This document shows positions 38,216-50,504 of a DNA stretch of 64,000 nucleotides, one piece after another. Source of the DNA: Callorhinchus milii. Its lineage: Eukaryota. Below the pieces are notes generated by a model. The model saw only the letters and a list, made by a program, of their open reading frames with translations. It made no database searches and had not been told where the DNA came from. The translations under genes were made by a program, and so were the position numbers. How positions within the stretch are numbered: position 1 is the first letter of the stretch; every line of letters begins with the position of its first letter. The stretch is taken from positions 104,286,001 through 104,350,000 of the forward strand of contig NW_024704743.1 in NCBI RefSeq assembly GCF_018977255.1. Reading direction: 5' to 3'.

Positions 38216-38919
38216 ATCCTGCTTACCTAATTCCGGAAAGTATCAGGCACAGGGTGGTAAGAGCCAAGGCCTGGGTACCCCAAATTGTGTGTTGGGGGAC
38301 CTCTGGAGTCCAACCAGCTAAAACCGCATAGCTTTCCATTTACATTGCTGTCCAGCAAGCTTTCCCGTTGCTTGTCCAGCTCGGACCACCCTACCCGGTA
38401 GAGCTTTGGCTTGTAGGGTTAACAGGAGCTGACTGGGAGGATTCCCTGCTCCTAGTGATGGGTCTGCTCTTCCAGGTCCAGCCAATGAGCCAGGCTGGCT
38501 GTGCTATCAGCAGTGCCCTGGAATATTGCGGACCCACCTGGCTTAGGAACCAGACTACAGAGACTACCACAGAGGGGCTGGTTCAATTCTAACATTCCGT
38601 TGCCAGGCAAGGAGATCCCACTTACCTCCCCATAAAGAGGATAGTCACTAGTTAGTCATTCGACATCCAATACGTGCAGGTTTGAGCCCTCACTAGGTTG
38701 AATGGTAGGTTCAAGGAACTGCCTGCGAGCTTCCAGGTGAGCAACGCATCTCAGCATGAAATGGGTGAGAACATTGTTACATTGTCCACAGCTCGGCATA
38801 CATCCCTTCCCATTGAGCGATGGTTCCACCAATTAGAGGTGCAGAGTTTAAGCAGCAGATGCTGGCCTCTCTGCAGGCCAACCAAGGTGGGTTTCAAATG
38901 TTAATAATAATAATAACAT

Positions 38920-39460
38920 TGGACATATGAAGGATGTTCATAAACTCAGATTTCAGGTAATGCCTTCCAGCAGCTGTCACCACAAGCCTCAGAGTTTCCT
39001 CATCAGCTATCTGGTGGGCATCTGCCTTCAGCGTCTTGGGCAGACCTTTACAGGACAGCTTGTGACATGTTAGCCACCTTGAGGTCCAAGTCTAATGCTG
39101 CGTACTAGGCTTATTCAGCACCAGTTGCTCAATCCGGGTCCTCATGTGAGGGGTCTTGGAAATAGACGTGTCCACTGTGAAGCCGCCTCCGACTCAGGGT
39201 GATTAGCAACAGGTCAGTGTAGACTGGAGCCCTCCCTTGCTGTAGCCACTTCTCGTGTTTGCCACAAATCCACCTCACTGCTTGATCCTGGATTTTGCCG
39301 ATGGGGTTGGCGGAAGCCTCTCTGCTGATCCCCAGGAGCTCAGATCCATAAAGGAGGACTGTTTTGCACACATGTCTTACATGCCACACGCTTTACCTGT
39401 ATTATGACCTTCTGTCCTTGAAGTGGGATGAGCATGACCAGAGTGTCCTTCACCGCTTCT
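38920..39460 (-). mobile_element. Decayed RTE-like LINE C-terminal fragment
   Basis: KTVLLYGSE...RWIC remnant and (TAA)n tail at 38923-38935. Confidence 0.5.
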
Positions 39461-40889
39461 CAGCATGGACAGTGTCCATGCGTGGACAGCGTGGACAGGA
39501 CAGTGTCCATGCTGAAGTTTATACCACAAAGTATAGTTAGTCACTATGCATTTTGTAGGTGAATACAGCAGTCAATTTGCTACTAAAGAACTTACAAAAA
39601 GGCAGCTTCAAAATTAAGATGGCTTAATAAGGTGCTATATAAAATACAATTATTATCAAGTAATTATATTTATATTATGTTATATATCTTGTATTGTACA
39701 AATATATTTTTATATTATTAAATGTGTAAATATTTAATATGTTTTGTAGATAAAAAATAAATACAACTTATATTTATATTGTTATTTCATTTAAGAATTT
39801 GCCAAATGTTGGAACTCTCAAATCCTTCATAAATAGAGTAAGTCCAGATCCAGGGGACATTTCTATGCCTATATCTGTTTTTTTCTAAAGAGATCAAATT
39901 TATTGAACTCAAGGGTAAATACTCTGAACCATCTTCAGGATACGTGTACTTAAATAAAATTATGAACAGCAACAAAGAACAGCTATATAAATAATAATGA
40001 GTCAATAAATTGAATGCCTGAATTGTTAATTGAAAGTGCTGCTTTGTATTAGAGCTCTCTTTTATTCCCAATGGATCGAGTAATTTTGCAGGGTTCTATT
40101 CAGTGCACTTCTCTCCAGAGTTCAGTAATCATTTTATTATTATTCCTCGGGATTCAAGCTTGCAGGATCTTCAGCCAGCTGAGGAACGAGTATCAAAAAG
40201 TAAAGAGCTCCAACAATTACTCTGTATGATTGCAATGATAAAAGGAAACTCTTGAGTATTTACAACATAAATTTAAAATGTGAAATAAAAATGAATAGTC
40301 TCTATTTGCATTTATAGGGACTTTTATTGTATAATGCCATAGCTTTAAGTGCAAATAACAAGACTGGAAAATGTGTTTCACTATGGTGAGAAGTGTTCAA
40401 AACATATTCTAAAAAAATATTTTCTGATATGGATTGCAAATGAATAGAACCCAACAAAGCACTCGATCATATGACAATGAAAAAGACTCAGGTGGTCAGG
40501 CTAGAAAGGTGTGAAGACACTTCTTCCATTATGGCAAAGGTTACTCAACACAAATGTTTTGTCAAGATAATTTTGCTCTTTGATATGGTCCAGTATTTTT
40601 CTATGCAGCTATTCTTCATGCATGAGCCTAAACAGTGACAGCTAACAAACAATGTGGCCCAGGGGTATCTGAGCCAAGCCTGAATCCTGATCCTGTTATC
40701 ATATGTGTGTACTTTGCAGCAAATGTCACTGCATAGCAGTCAGGATCCCTAACTTCTCAATGTTCCAAGCCCAGGGAAATTGAATTTAATTGTAGCACTC
40801 GTTCGTACACAGGTTGTAGCTGAGACCATATAACTTTGCATCCACCACATCAGAAACCTGGGACCACCTTTTGTCTATAAAGCTCAGTT

Positions 40890-41262
40890 CCACACTGCTA
40901 ACCCCATATCAACCTGTCCATTCACTCCACTCAACAGGCTCTGGCCTGCTGCACATCCCCGTCTGTCCTGCCCTATCATCAGTCGTGGGCCTTCAGCCTC
41001 TCTGCCCCCACCTTTCAAACTCCATCCCACATTCCCTTTGCCTTGTTCCCTCCCTTGCCTCTTTCAAGGCACATCTCAAGACCCTTCTCTTCGACTGTGC
41101 CTTCAGCCACCCTCCTACCCCTAGCCTTCCTGATCTCCAACCCCCCCCCCACCCCCCCCCGATCCCAACCCCATGCTCGGGTTCATATCCCTATGCCAGC
41201 ATCTTGGGAGGTCCTCCTTATGTGTAAGGCACTATACAAATGTAATTTGTTATTATTGTTCA
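40890..41262 (+). mobile_element. L2 3' fragment
   Basis: LLTPYQPVHSLHSTGSGLLHIP...FKAHLKTLLF; tail. Confidence 0.85.
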
Positions 41263-42271
41263 TTATTTAGTATGTTAAAAAGAACTTGCAATTTGAACTT
41301 GCATTTCCTCTCCAAGCTGCAACAGTGAGTTGTTGTCTCCAGCTTTACTTCTTCCTCTCCCAACTCACAGCACCAACAATGTTCAGAGTTACCAATGACA
41401 CTCTCTCTTCAATTAGCGCTCCTGTCACCTCTTTGTCCTCCTTGACCTTTCTACAGGGCCATTTCCATTTGTAGGTGATATACATGTGTGGAATTCTCAG
41501 TTTAGTTTGGATATTGGTGGGTTTTCTGTATGTGACACCTGGCTGACTAAATAAAAAGTAGGATCTTTAATGTCTGCTTGAACAATTAAGCTGAAGACAG
41601 CATCTCTGGCAAAGCAGCACTGCCCGAGTACTACACTGGATTGTCAGCCTATGTTGTGCACTTTGCTGTTATTGCAATTGCTGTCAAATGCCCCATTTCT
41701 GGGATTTGATAACATATGTACTATTACATATGTTATCACCCCCCCAGGGTGCAAAGGTATCACTGGTAATGAATAAGAGCTCAGTTCGTCAAGGCATCAA
41801 AACTTGCACAAGCCATATTTGCTTCAGAAGAGAGTAGGTGTAAGTTGACCTTGAGGAATACAAGCTCTTTAATGCACTCTGGATGCTGGATGGAATGTGA
41901 GATAGCACAATATTGCCTCTTATGCTAAATATTTTTAGAGGTTGTAATAGTGATAAATCATTCCTGGTTACTCGACTACTACTCAAGCAAGCTGAGGCAG
42001 GATTTCCTCTTAGATTTCCAGAATTTCTAAATAAAAATTCAAAAGTAGCAGTGGTCTTTTATGCACAGAAAGCTTCAGGAAGTTAACTTCTTCACTCATT
42101 TGTATTTTACTGGTCACGGTAACGTAGCTTCCAGCAAAATCCAGTTAACATCAACTTTGCCTGTTATTCAGCAAACATGAGTAAAAGGGGTCAAATTTAG
42201 CACAGAATCAAAAGAAATGGAAAGTGCTAATGGTGATCTCTTAAATTTGCACTATAGGCAAGATGACTGGT

Positions 42272-42430
42272 TATAATAATCCTTGCATTTGATATAATGC
42301 CTTATCATGTCTTTGAGACATCTCAAAGCGCGTCACAGAATATACTGTAAAGTGAATTGACTGTATATTTTGTGGACAAAACGCGGCAGCCAATTGCGCA
42401 CAGGAGTGTCCCACAAACAGTTATAGATTC
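42272..42430 (-). mobile_element. SINE 3' fragment
   Basis: Tail and core on minus. Confidence 0.82.
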
Positions 42431-43054
42431 TACACAGGTATGGGAACAGTATAAAATCAGTGAGATCTGTGCAACAAAGATTACAAAGATTACAAACCTG
42501 GATAAGTTATTTTAATAATAAGATTGTTGACCATATCCTGGAAGAAGCTCTTTTGCCCAGTACTCCAGATCAGTATTTATGCCTTTCTGTATCACGCACA
42601 TTGCTATATAAAGGTCGAAAAGTTAATTTTGAGCTTGATTGTCTCGGGGTTCTGAACCACACAAAGACTCAGAAATTTCAGAGTCAACAATTTGATTTAA
42701 ATTAAATACAAATAAATGAAATTAAAATATAGTGACAATTTGCGTCAACACAGGCAATGCTTGAAGGCTGTGCCACGTAGCGTGAATAGTTCAAAATGAA
42801 TTTGCTATCCATCTGATGCTTAAAACACGGCCAACCTTTGTAATTTATTGCTCTAGTTCTGCAGCACACTCTGCAAGTTGATGCTGATTTTAAGGAGATC
42901 AACAATATACACTGAATTCAATGCATCCAACCATGCGTGAAAATGGTTAGCTCCCCCTACTTTTAAGTGCTCTGAGATGCTACTCTACATGGAGGGTGCT
43001 ATATAAGTGCAAGTTGTTGTTGTACCTTATGTGTACAACGTAAGTTTTTGAGCT

Positions 43055-43345
43055 ACGCCTGCGACCTCATAACCCCATATCAGCTTGTCCACTCCCTCCG
43101 CTCGGTGGCCTGCTTCTGGTCCCCTGCACATTCCACCCCACCATTGGAGGTCGGGCATTTAGCATCTCTGCCCCCACATTCTGGAACTCTATCCTGCAAT
43201 CCCTCTGCCCCACCACCTCCCTTGCCTCCTTCAAGTCCCATCTGAAGACTTTTCTCTTCAATCGAGCCTCCGGTCACCCTTCCACTCTTACCCCCACTGC
43301 CCTCCTCCCCTTCTGACCCCAACTCCCAACTCGGGTCCAAAACCC
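43055..43345 (+). mobile_element. L2 3' fragment
   Basis: DLITPYQLVHSLRS remnant and 3' UTR similarity. Confidence 0.78.
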
Positions 43346-43349
43346 CTTG

Positions 43350-44060
43350 ATTGGCCAGCAGGTGTCGTTTTAGATAGTCGTCAAAACTGTGATAAGTGAG
43401 ACATTCATTTATTGAGATGTTTAAGAATAGTGTCAGCATTTTGATCTGGAAGTTCAGTGAGATCTAAAACCATGTTTTTTTTAAATCACTTTCACATTTA
43501 AGGTACACAAGTACTGCTGATTTGCCACTCAAGTACTGCTGATTTGCCACTCAATTGTACTCATTAATAAGTACAATAAGCTTACTATTTAGTCTTTCAA
43601 TATGTTTGCAAATTTTCTTCCTCATTTCAGAAGCAAATGTGGTTGATTATTTCCAAAGCTTTGTATCTGGAGTGCAGCTGAAATCCTACATTAATTCCAT
43701 TTTTGTTTTGAAGTTCCAACAAACCAAAATGATCTGAAAGAGGTCTGTCATTTTGAATTGAGTAGTATACAGAACAGTACATTGTACAAGTGGACGTTAA
43801 ATTCAAGTTGTCACACAAACTTTGTGAGTTTGTTCTTTCCAGTTTTTAATGTTATGTGTGCCATAGCATGAGCTCTTGACTGTTTGTGTTCCACGATATT
43901 CTTTCGAAGTGATTTTAACTGAGCACTCCGGTTTGACGTACTGAATGTAACATTTGTTTGACAGGCCCATTCCCTTTTAAAAACACAAAGATCCACAGCA
44001 CTGGAACAAACGTTGCAGCCAAGTCTTTCACATCTGCTGTCAATCCATTCATCGTCCTCA
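43350..44060 (-). pseudogene. hAT transposase fossil, KIAA1586-like
   Basis: LGCNVCS...LKSLRKNIVEHKQSRAH, QNDRPLSDHFGLLELQNKNG, LDLTELPDQNADTI, SFDDYLKRHLLA across frameshifts. Confidence 0.78.
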
Positions 44061-44061
44061 A

Positions 44062-44243
44062 AAGACAAAATACTGCAGATGCCTGGAAATCTGAAATAAT
44101 AACAGCAATCTGAAATAAAAACGCAGCAAGTCAGGCAGCATCCAGGGAGAAAGGAAAATGAGTTAACGTTTCAGGTCGATGACCTTTCATCAGAACTTTC
44201 GTCTTTCCACTGCGTGTTCCCAGCGACTTTTGCTCTACATTTC
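44062..44243 (-). mobile_element. Penelope-like element terminal repeat fragment with a short inverted piece
   Basis: aaaatactgcagatgc.tggaaatctgaaataa...gtcaggcagcatc...gagttaacgtttcaggtcgatgacctttcatcagaac, recalled as typical of chondrichthyan PLE repeats. Confidence 0.75.
44161..44197 (-). ncRNA. Minimal type I hammerhead ribozyme motif
   Basis: AGUU-CUGAUGA-A-AGGUC-AUC-GACCU-GAAAC-GUU^-AACU: intact core, 4-bp stem I, 5-bp stem II, palindromic loopless stem III. Confidence 0.8.
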
Positions 44244-44385
44244 CTCTGCCCAAATATCAAGCCGTGGGCATGGTGAACTTGAATCAGGCTGTGGGCATGT
44301 TGATACCGATGTAGGGAACAAATGAAGACACTTCACTTCTAAATAAGTCTTTATCTGCATTTGGGTATTGCTGGACTGAGGATCT

Positions 44386-44790
44386 TAGGAACATAGGAAT
44401 GTAGGAACAGGTAGGCCATTCAGCCCTTTGAGTCTGTTCCACCATTCAATTAGATCATTGTTGATCTGTACCTCAACTAATCCTGTTGATTCCAATTTCC
44501 TGCTTTCTCCCCATATCCCTCAGTGTCGTCTGCAAACTCAGATATAAAAGTTTCTATTCCTTCAGCCAAGTCATTTATATATATATATATATATATGGCG
44601 AAAAGCAGAGGTCGCAGTACAGACCCCTGGGGGACACCACTTGTCAAGTCCTGCCAATCAGAGACCATTCCCTTTATCCCTTCTCTCTGTTTCCTGCCAA
44701 CCAATTACCAAGCCACGTCACAAGGTTACCTCTGATTCCATGAGCTTCCATTTTTGCTGATAATCTTTTGTGCAGAACCTTATCAAGTGC
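44386..44790 (-). mobile_element. CR1 fragment (RT core joined to 3' end)
   Basis: [20 protein letters not shown]...FADDT; 3' UTR at 44386-44520. Confidence 0.88.
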
Positions 44791-46040
44791 TGTTCTCTGT
44801 CATCTTCTGCACACTCTTTCTTGAAAAAAGTTGTTTACCCTTTTGCTTAGTTGCCATTGTTTTGCAATGATATATTGAACCGCAGCAGTTGAATCCAGCT
44901 ACGAACACACCACTTAATAATAATAATAATTATAATTCTTGCATTTGATATAACACCTTATCATGTCATTGATACGTCTCAAAGTGCTTTACAGAGTATA
45001 TTGTAAACTGGATTGACGGCATATTGTGGGTGAAATGTGGCAGCTAATTACACGCAGCAATTTTATCAATATTAAATGCAGAAGACCTCACATATTATTC
45101 CAGAGTCAGATATTGTCACAATAGCCGACTCTCTGGAGCCATGACTGATGTCTTCCGCTTTTTGCGTCATGATGCCACTGACCATAGCAGCATCATGACC
45201 TAAAATGCTCCTCAATCATCAACACAGATTTTTATTTCTGTAGTGTCTGGATTTCAGGTGCTGAAACTAAGCTCTGGATCGCTCCATCAGGACTACACTT
45301 CTGGGACCCTTTCCTCTGCAATTCTTTCTCAAAATCCCGTCACTTTGGCACTTCCTTTTCTACTTCTAAATTCCACTTGAAGCCTGGCCTCTTGGGTGGG
45401 CTTTCAGCCATCTCTCCTCCAACCCTGTCAATCCCCCAGCTCCCTCTCAACTTGGACTCCTGACCCGTTTTTGTAAAACACTTTGAGATATTCTCCAAAC
45501 ATGAAAGGTGCTGCTGTTAGTAAGAGTTCTGCTGTATGAATAACCCTGGTTATGCAAGTGGAAAATCATCCTACTTCTTTCAACAATTTGCAGTGAACCA
45601 AGTTTACGAAGTAAAACTATCACTGTATTTAACCTAAGGACTATTGTACTAACTTAGTGAGCTCTAATAAGCATAAGAATGCCAAATGTTCCCCTAACAA
45701 ATGTGTGAATTAAAAAACAATGTTCAAAATTATTTTATCTATTTAAGTGAATGTTTTTCACCCTGGATTAATACAAAACTCATCAGAGCTTGATCCTGGC
45801 CATTCACAGCTTTCCAGCACTGAGAGTCTTTAATGTTCCAAATTAAATGCTAATGATCCACAGGCTCATTAAAACGCTCATCAAAATACTCTACAATAAA
45901 CAGAAGACAATGCCAGAAGGAAGTAGGGCGAAATCTGAGCTCACAGAAAGCTAGTTGCATATGGCCAGCAAGTAATTTTCATGCGATAACATTAAGCTTT
46001 TTAGGAATCCTATTCACAGCCTGCCATATGGTCCACTAAA

Positions 46041-46160
46041 ATAATAATAATAATAATCCTTGCATTTGATATAGCGCCTTATCACATCTTCAAGGCCTCT
46101 CAAAGTGCTTCACAGAATACACTGTAAAGTGAATTGACTGTATATTTTGTGGGTGAACCG
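46041..46160 (-). mobile_element. SINE 3' fragment abutting the 3'-truncated L2
   Basis: (TAA)n and tail hairpin on minus. Confidence 0.8.
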
Positions 46161-48270
46161 CAGAGTGGGAGGGACTGCGGCATGGAGTTTCAGAGGGTGA
46201 GGGCAGAACGGCTGAAGGCCTGCCCATCAATGGTGGAGCGAGTAAGGCGGGCGACGTGACGCAGGCTGGAGTCCGCTGAGCGAAGGGAGTGGGCAGGTTG
46301 GTAGGGAGTTAGAAGGTTGCAGCGGTGGGAGGAGCAAGCCCATGGAAGGCTTCGAAGGTGAGGATCAGGATCTTGAACTGTATCCTCTGTGTGATGGAAG
46401 CCAGTGGAGTTGGGCAAGGATGGGGATGATAGTGTCATGGAGCCGGGTGCGGGAGAGGACACAGACTGCAGGGTTCTGGATCATCTGCAGCCTATGGAGG
46501 GAGGAGTTGGGGAGGCTGACAAGCAGGGAATTTGCATAGTCGAGCTTGGATGTTATGAATGCATGTATGAGGGTCTTGGCAGACGGCAGTGTCAGACAGT
46601 GGTGGAGGTGGGCGATGTTGTGGAGGTGGGAGAGGGCAGAGCGGGTCATGGCAAGGATGTGGGGTAGAAAGGACAGGTGAGGGTCAAACAAGGTGGCAAG
46701 GTTCAGGACTGGCTCAATGAGGTGGAGTGTGCCTCCTTGGATGGTGATGCTGTCAGTGCCTGAGGTGTGGAGCCAATCAGAAGGGCCTCGGTCTTGTTGA
46801 TGTTCAACTATAGAAAGTTAGCTCTCATCCAGGACTTGATGTCTGTCAGGACAGCAGTGGTCGTGAAGTTGAGGGTGGAGACAGAGATAAAGTTGAGTGT
46901 CATCTGCATACATGTGAAAGTTGACCCCATGTCTGTGGATGATGTCACCAAGAGGAGCATATAGATATTGAAGATGAGGGTACTAAGGATAGAGCTCTGA
47001 GGAAAAGGGGGCTAGAGGAGAAACCGTTTGTGGAGATAAAGTGGAGATGGTGTGAAAGGTAGGATCTGATCCATTCAAAGACAGAACCATGAAGGTTGAG
47101 GTGAGAGGAGAGGCGGTGGAGGAGGATAGAGTGGTCAAGAGTATTAAAGGCAGTGGAGGTCAAGGAGGATGAGGAGGCAGAGGGAGCCTTGGTCGCAGAT
47201 GGGCAAAATGTCATTTGCCACTTTGACCAAAGCTGTTTCTGTGCTGTGGACAGCAAGGAAATCCAATTGGAGGGGTTCATGAAGGGAATGGCAGGAGAAG
47301 AAGGACCGAAGCTGGGAAGCAACGACATTCCAGGACTTTGGAAAGGAAAGGGAGGTTGGAGATGGGGTGCTAATTTGAAAACAGGGATGGATTCAGGGAT
47401 GGGTTCAGGAAGGGTTTTTTAAGGATAGGAGTGATGACGGGCGTTTTTAAAGGGGTTGGGAATGGTGCCAGTGGACAGGGAGTGGTTTATGATGTCTATG
47501 AGTAGAGGGGCAAATAGGTGGAGATGAGAGGTAAGGAAAGGGGTAGGGATAGGGTCAAGGGAGCAGGTTGTTAGTTTCATGTGGCTTATAGTAGTGGTGA
47601 GAGAAGAGGTGGAGACAGGTTTGAAGGTGTGGTGGAAGCAATGGGTTGGGGCCGGGGTGGAAGGGGGAGATGGGGAGGGGTGGTAGATGGAAGAGGCAGC
47701 TGAGCAGATCTCCTCGACTTTAGTTTTGAGGAAGTTCAACATCACCTCACAGTTGACGTTGAAGGAGAGAGTGGGGTAGGCATGAGAGGGTGGGCATAGA
47801 AGCCGGTTGGTGATGGAGAAGAGGAGCCTGGGATTGTCTTAGCCTCCAAGATTGTCTTGGAGTAGAAGAACGATTTAGCGGAGGCGAGGGCAGAGTGGTA
47901 AGTTTTGATAAGGTCCAGCCAGATCTGCCGATGAACCGTTAAATTAGATTTGAACCAGATGAGTTCAGCGGCACATACCTGTGCCTTGAGGGAGCAGAAA
48001 TGGCTGGTGTACCAGGGTGACTTCCGTGAGTAGGAGGCAGTTCAGGAAATGAGATTAGCAAGGGAGTCGAGAGTGGTGGAGAATGACCGCAGAGAATAGG
48101 CCATTGCAGGAGGCATCCCAGAGTGAGAGGAGTTCAGATGACTCTTAAGTAGTGGAGACGGTGGTGGGGGAGAGATTTTTTTCCAGGGGCGGTAGGAAAT
48201 GGAGGTGGGTTGGGTGTTGGTGGGGAGAGGGATTGAGAAGTTAAGGGAGATGAAGTAATGGTCCGAGGAA
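46161..48270 (-). mobile_element. Older decayed L2 copy (end of APE to RT C-terminus)
   Basis: [44 protein letters not shown]; many indels. Confidence 0.9.
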
Positions 48271-48374
48271 GAGAGACACACTCACATAAAGACACTCACA
48301 GATACATAGAGAAACATACACAGACAATCACAACAGTGGGACCTCCGAGTGGAGTGAAGCCCATTTCCCACATC

Positions 48375-48545
48375 CTCTGCACCGCGCATGCGTTTCCAGA
48401 GCCATTCCACCCACAGTTGTGCGGGTAAACAGCATGAGAGGCCCAGGGCCAGAAACTACATTTTTTAACAAGTTTATAACGGAGGGCGCTGTTTATAATG
48501 GATTCCGTGGAAAAATGGCAGCTGCACTTTTCTATTGGCCCACCT
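48375..48545. promoter_or_regulatory. Candidate promoter-like motif cluster
   Basis: GCGCATGCG (NRF1-like), ACTACA, GAGGGCGCT, AAAATGGC (YY1-like) and ATTGG within 170 bp; motif-level evidence only. Confidence 0.3.
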
Positions 48546-50504
48546 CTGAACCCAAGCTTGTTTTGAACCTAGAACGGTAGGATAAAGTTTCTCTCGCTAT
48601 GCAAGCTGTAAAAGTCTCATGTTCAGTTATTATGAACAGTCAGTGTTGTTCCAATTGGGCACAAGTCCATGTTACAAACTGCCCATAATTTAGAACAAAT
48701 TGGCAATATCAGTCAAAGAGGACATAAGGGCAGCTGTTGCAGAAAATAGGAAAATAGCATTGGTTTATTAAGAGATACTTTCTAAGGCTATGCTGACACT
48801 ATTAAGCATAGCAAACCTTACTCTACATCTAATCCATGCCATGGGTGTCAAACAGTGTTCTATTTCTCACTACTGATGTCAGCATACTTTATAAAGTTAC
48901 TAAAAAGCTTGTGAAGTTTAAATTGTATTTAAAAACTAAGTAACTGCAATGTTATTATTGGAAAATATTATTTAAACCTTTTTTTCTTGACTTGCCTATT
49001 TTCTCCTATTATTTTTCTTCCTTACCTACCCAGGACACACGCATAAGCCCGTTGCCATGCATAAGAGTATCAAAACCAGACTGAGAGTTCTATGAATACA
49101 TGCATTGGTGGCCTACAAATACAAAAATAATTTTGATAATTTTTAGCATGGTAATGGTTTTCACATGTATCAAATACCCAAATGACCAAAACAAAAACCT
49201 CTAGCAGATGTTTCCGCATGGCGATCAGGGTAGGATTGTTGGATAATTTCATGCTCCCTAAATTGGATAAATTGAATAAACTCATTGAGCTATCAAAGAA
49301 ACTTATACCCTAACAGCTAGATAGTTGAATAAAGATTGTTGCAAAGTCAGGAGGTTGAAAATCTATTCCTTAGAATTGTTCAACCATCTTACAGGGCATC
49401 TTTAGAAGTCAATCAGTTTGCTTACGATTAAGAGTCTCCCAATCAGATTCATATTGTTCATGGAGCACACACACATTTTTTCAGGCAGGCCCTAGTTTCA
49501 CCCACAAAACTTTGCAGTATATTCTGTGAAGTGCTTTGAGACATCTAGAAGATGTCTCAAATGAAAGGATTGTTATACTATATTACTATTTTTTACTTTT
49601 ACCAATGAGAGAAATATTAACCGTACCGTCTGGATGAGAACCCTATTAAAAGTGTATATATTGTAGATGGTAGCAGTTCGTTTAATTAACTGCATGCAGA
49701 TTTCAATTAGTATTCTGGAGATACGCAGGCATCACATGCCAAAAGTCCACTGAAGGAGTCCTGTGAGAAGGCTGATCACATTTACCTTCAACAAAGGAAT
49801 AGAACAGTGAGGAGAAGGTGGTGGGGAAGACAACCATCAACAGCTAGAACTGTCAGTAACTAATAGGACAGTGGCTGAGTGCTGATCTGATTAAAGAATC
49901 AATTCTGAGATCCATCCGCAAAGCTTTGTATAGCTGCAGAAGACTTATCTAATGCAGCTGACAATTGGGTTCAATTTGCAGAAAGCATTAATTAATAATA
50001 ACAATAATAATAATAATGCTTGCATTTGATAGGATGCATACTACCTACCTAATTCTGGAGTCAGCATAGGTTTGCAATAGCCTCATTGGGACCATTGAGG
50101 TCAGTGGCAGACTGGATCCCTGAAAGGGTTTGAGATTGTCATGTAAAATGAGGGCACCAATTCCGGGGGGGGGGGGGGGGTGGAAGTGGGTGGCGCCAAT
50201 TTGTGGGTGGGAGGAAGCTTATATGTGGGGGTATCAAAAACATAAAACATCCACTTGTTTCAAAACTTTGTTGGGCTTTGAATACGATTTCCTATATACC
50301 CCGTCCACCCCTGATTGGGGTACTGCTGGTGTTTAACCAACTAAAACTGCCCAACTTGCCATTGATAGCACTGAAAGGCAAGCTTTCTCGCTGCTTGTCC
50401 AGTTAGGACCATCCTAGCCATTAATGCTTCGGCTTCTGGCTTAACAGATTAGTTTGAGAAACAAAGCTTCTCATTAATGTTCTTACTCATTCTAGTTTTT
50501 TTTT

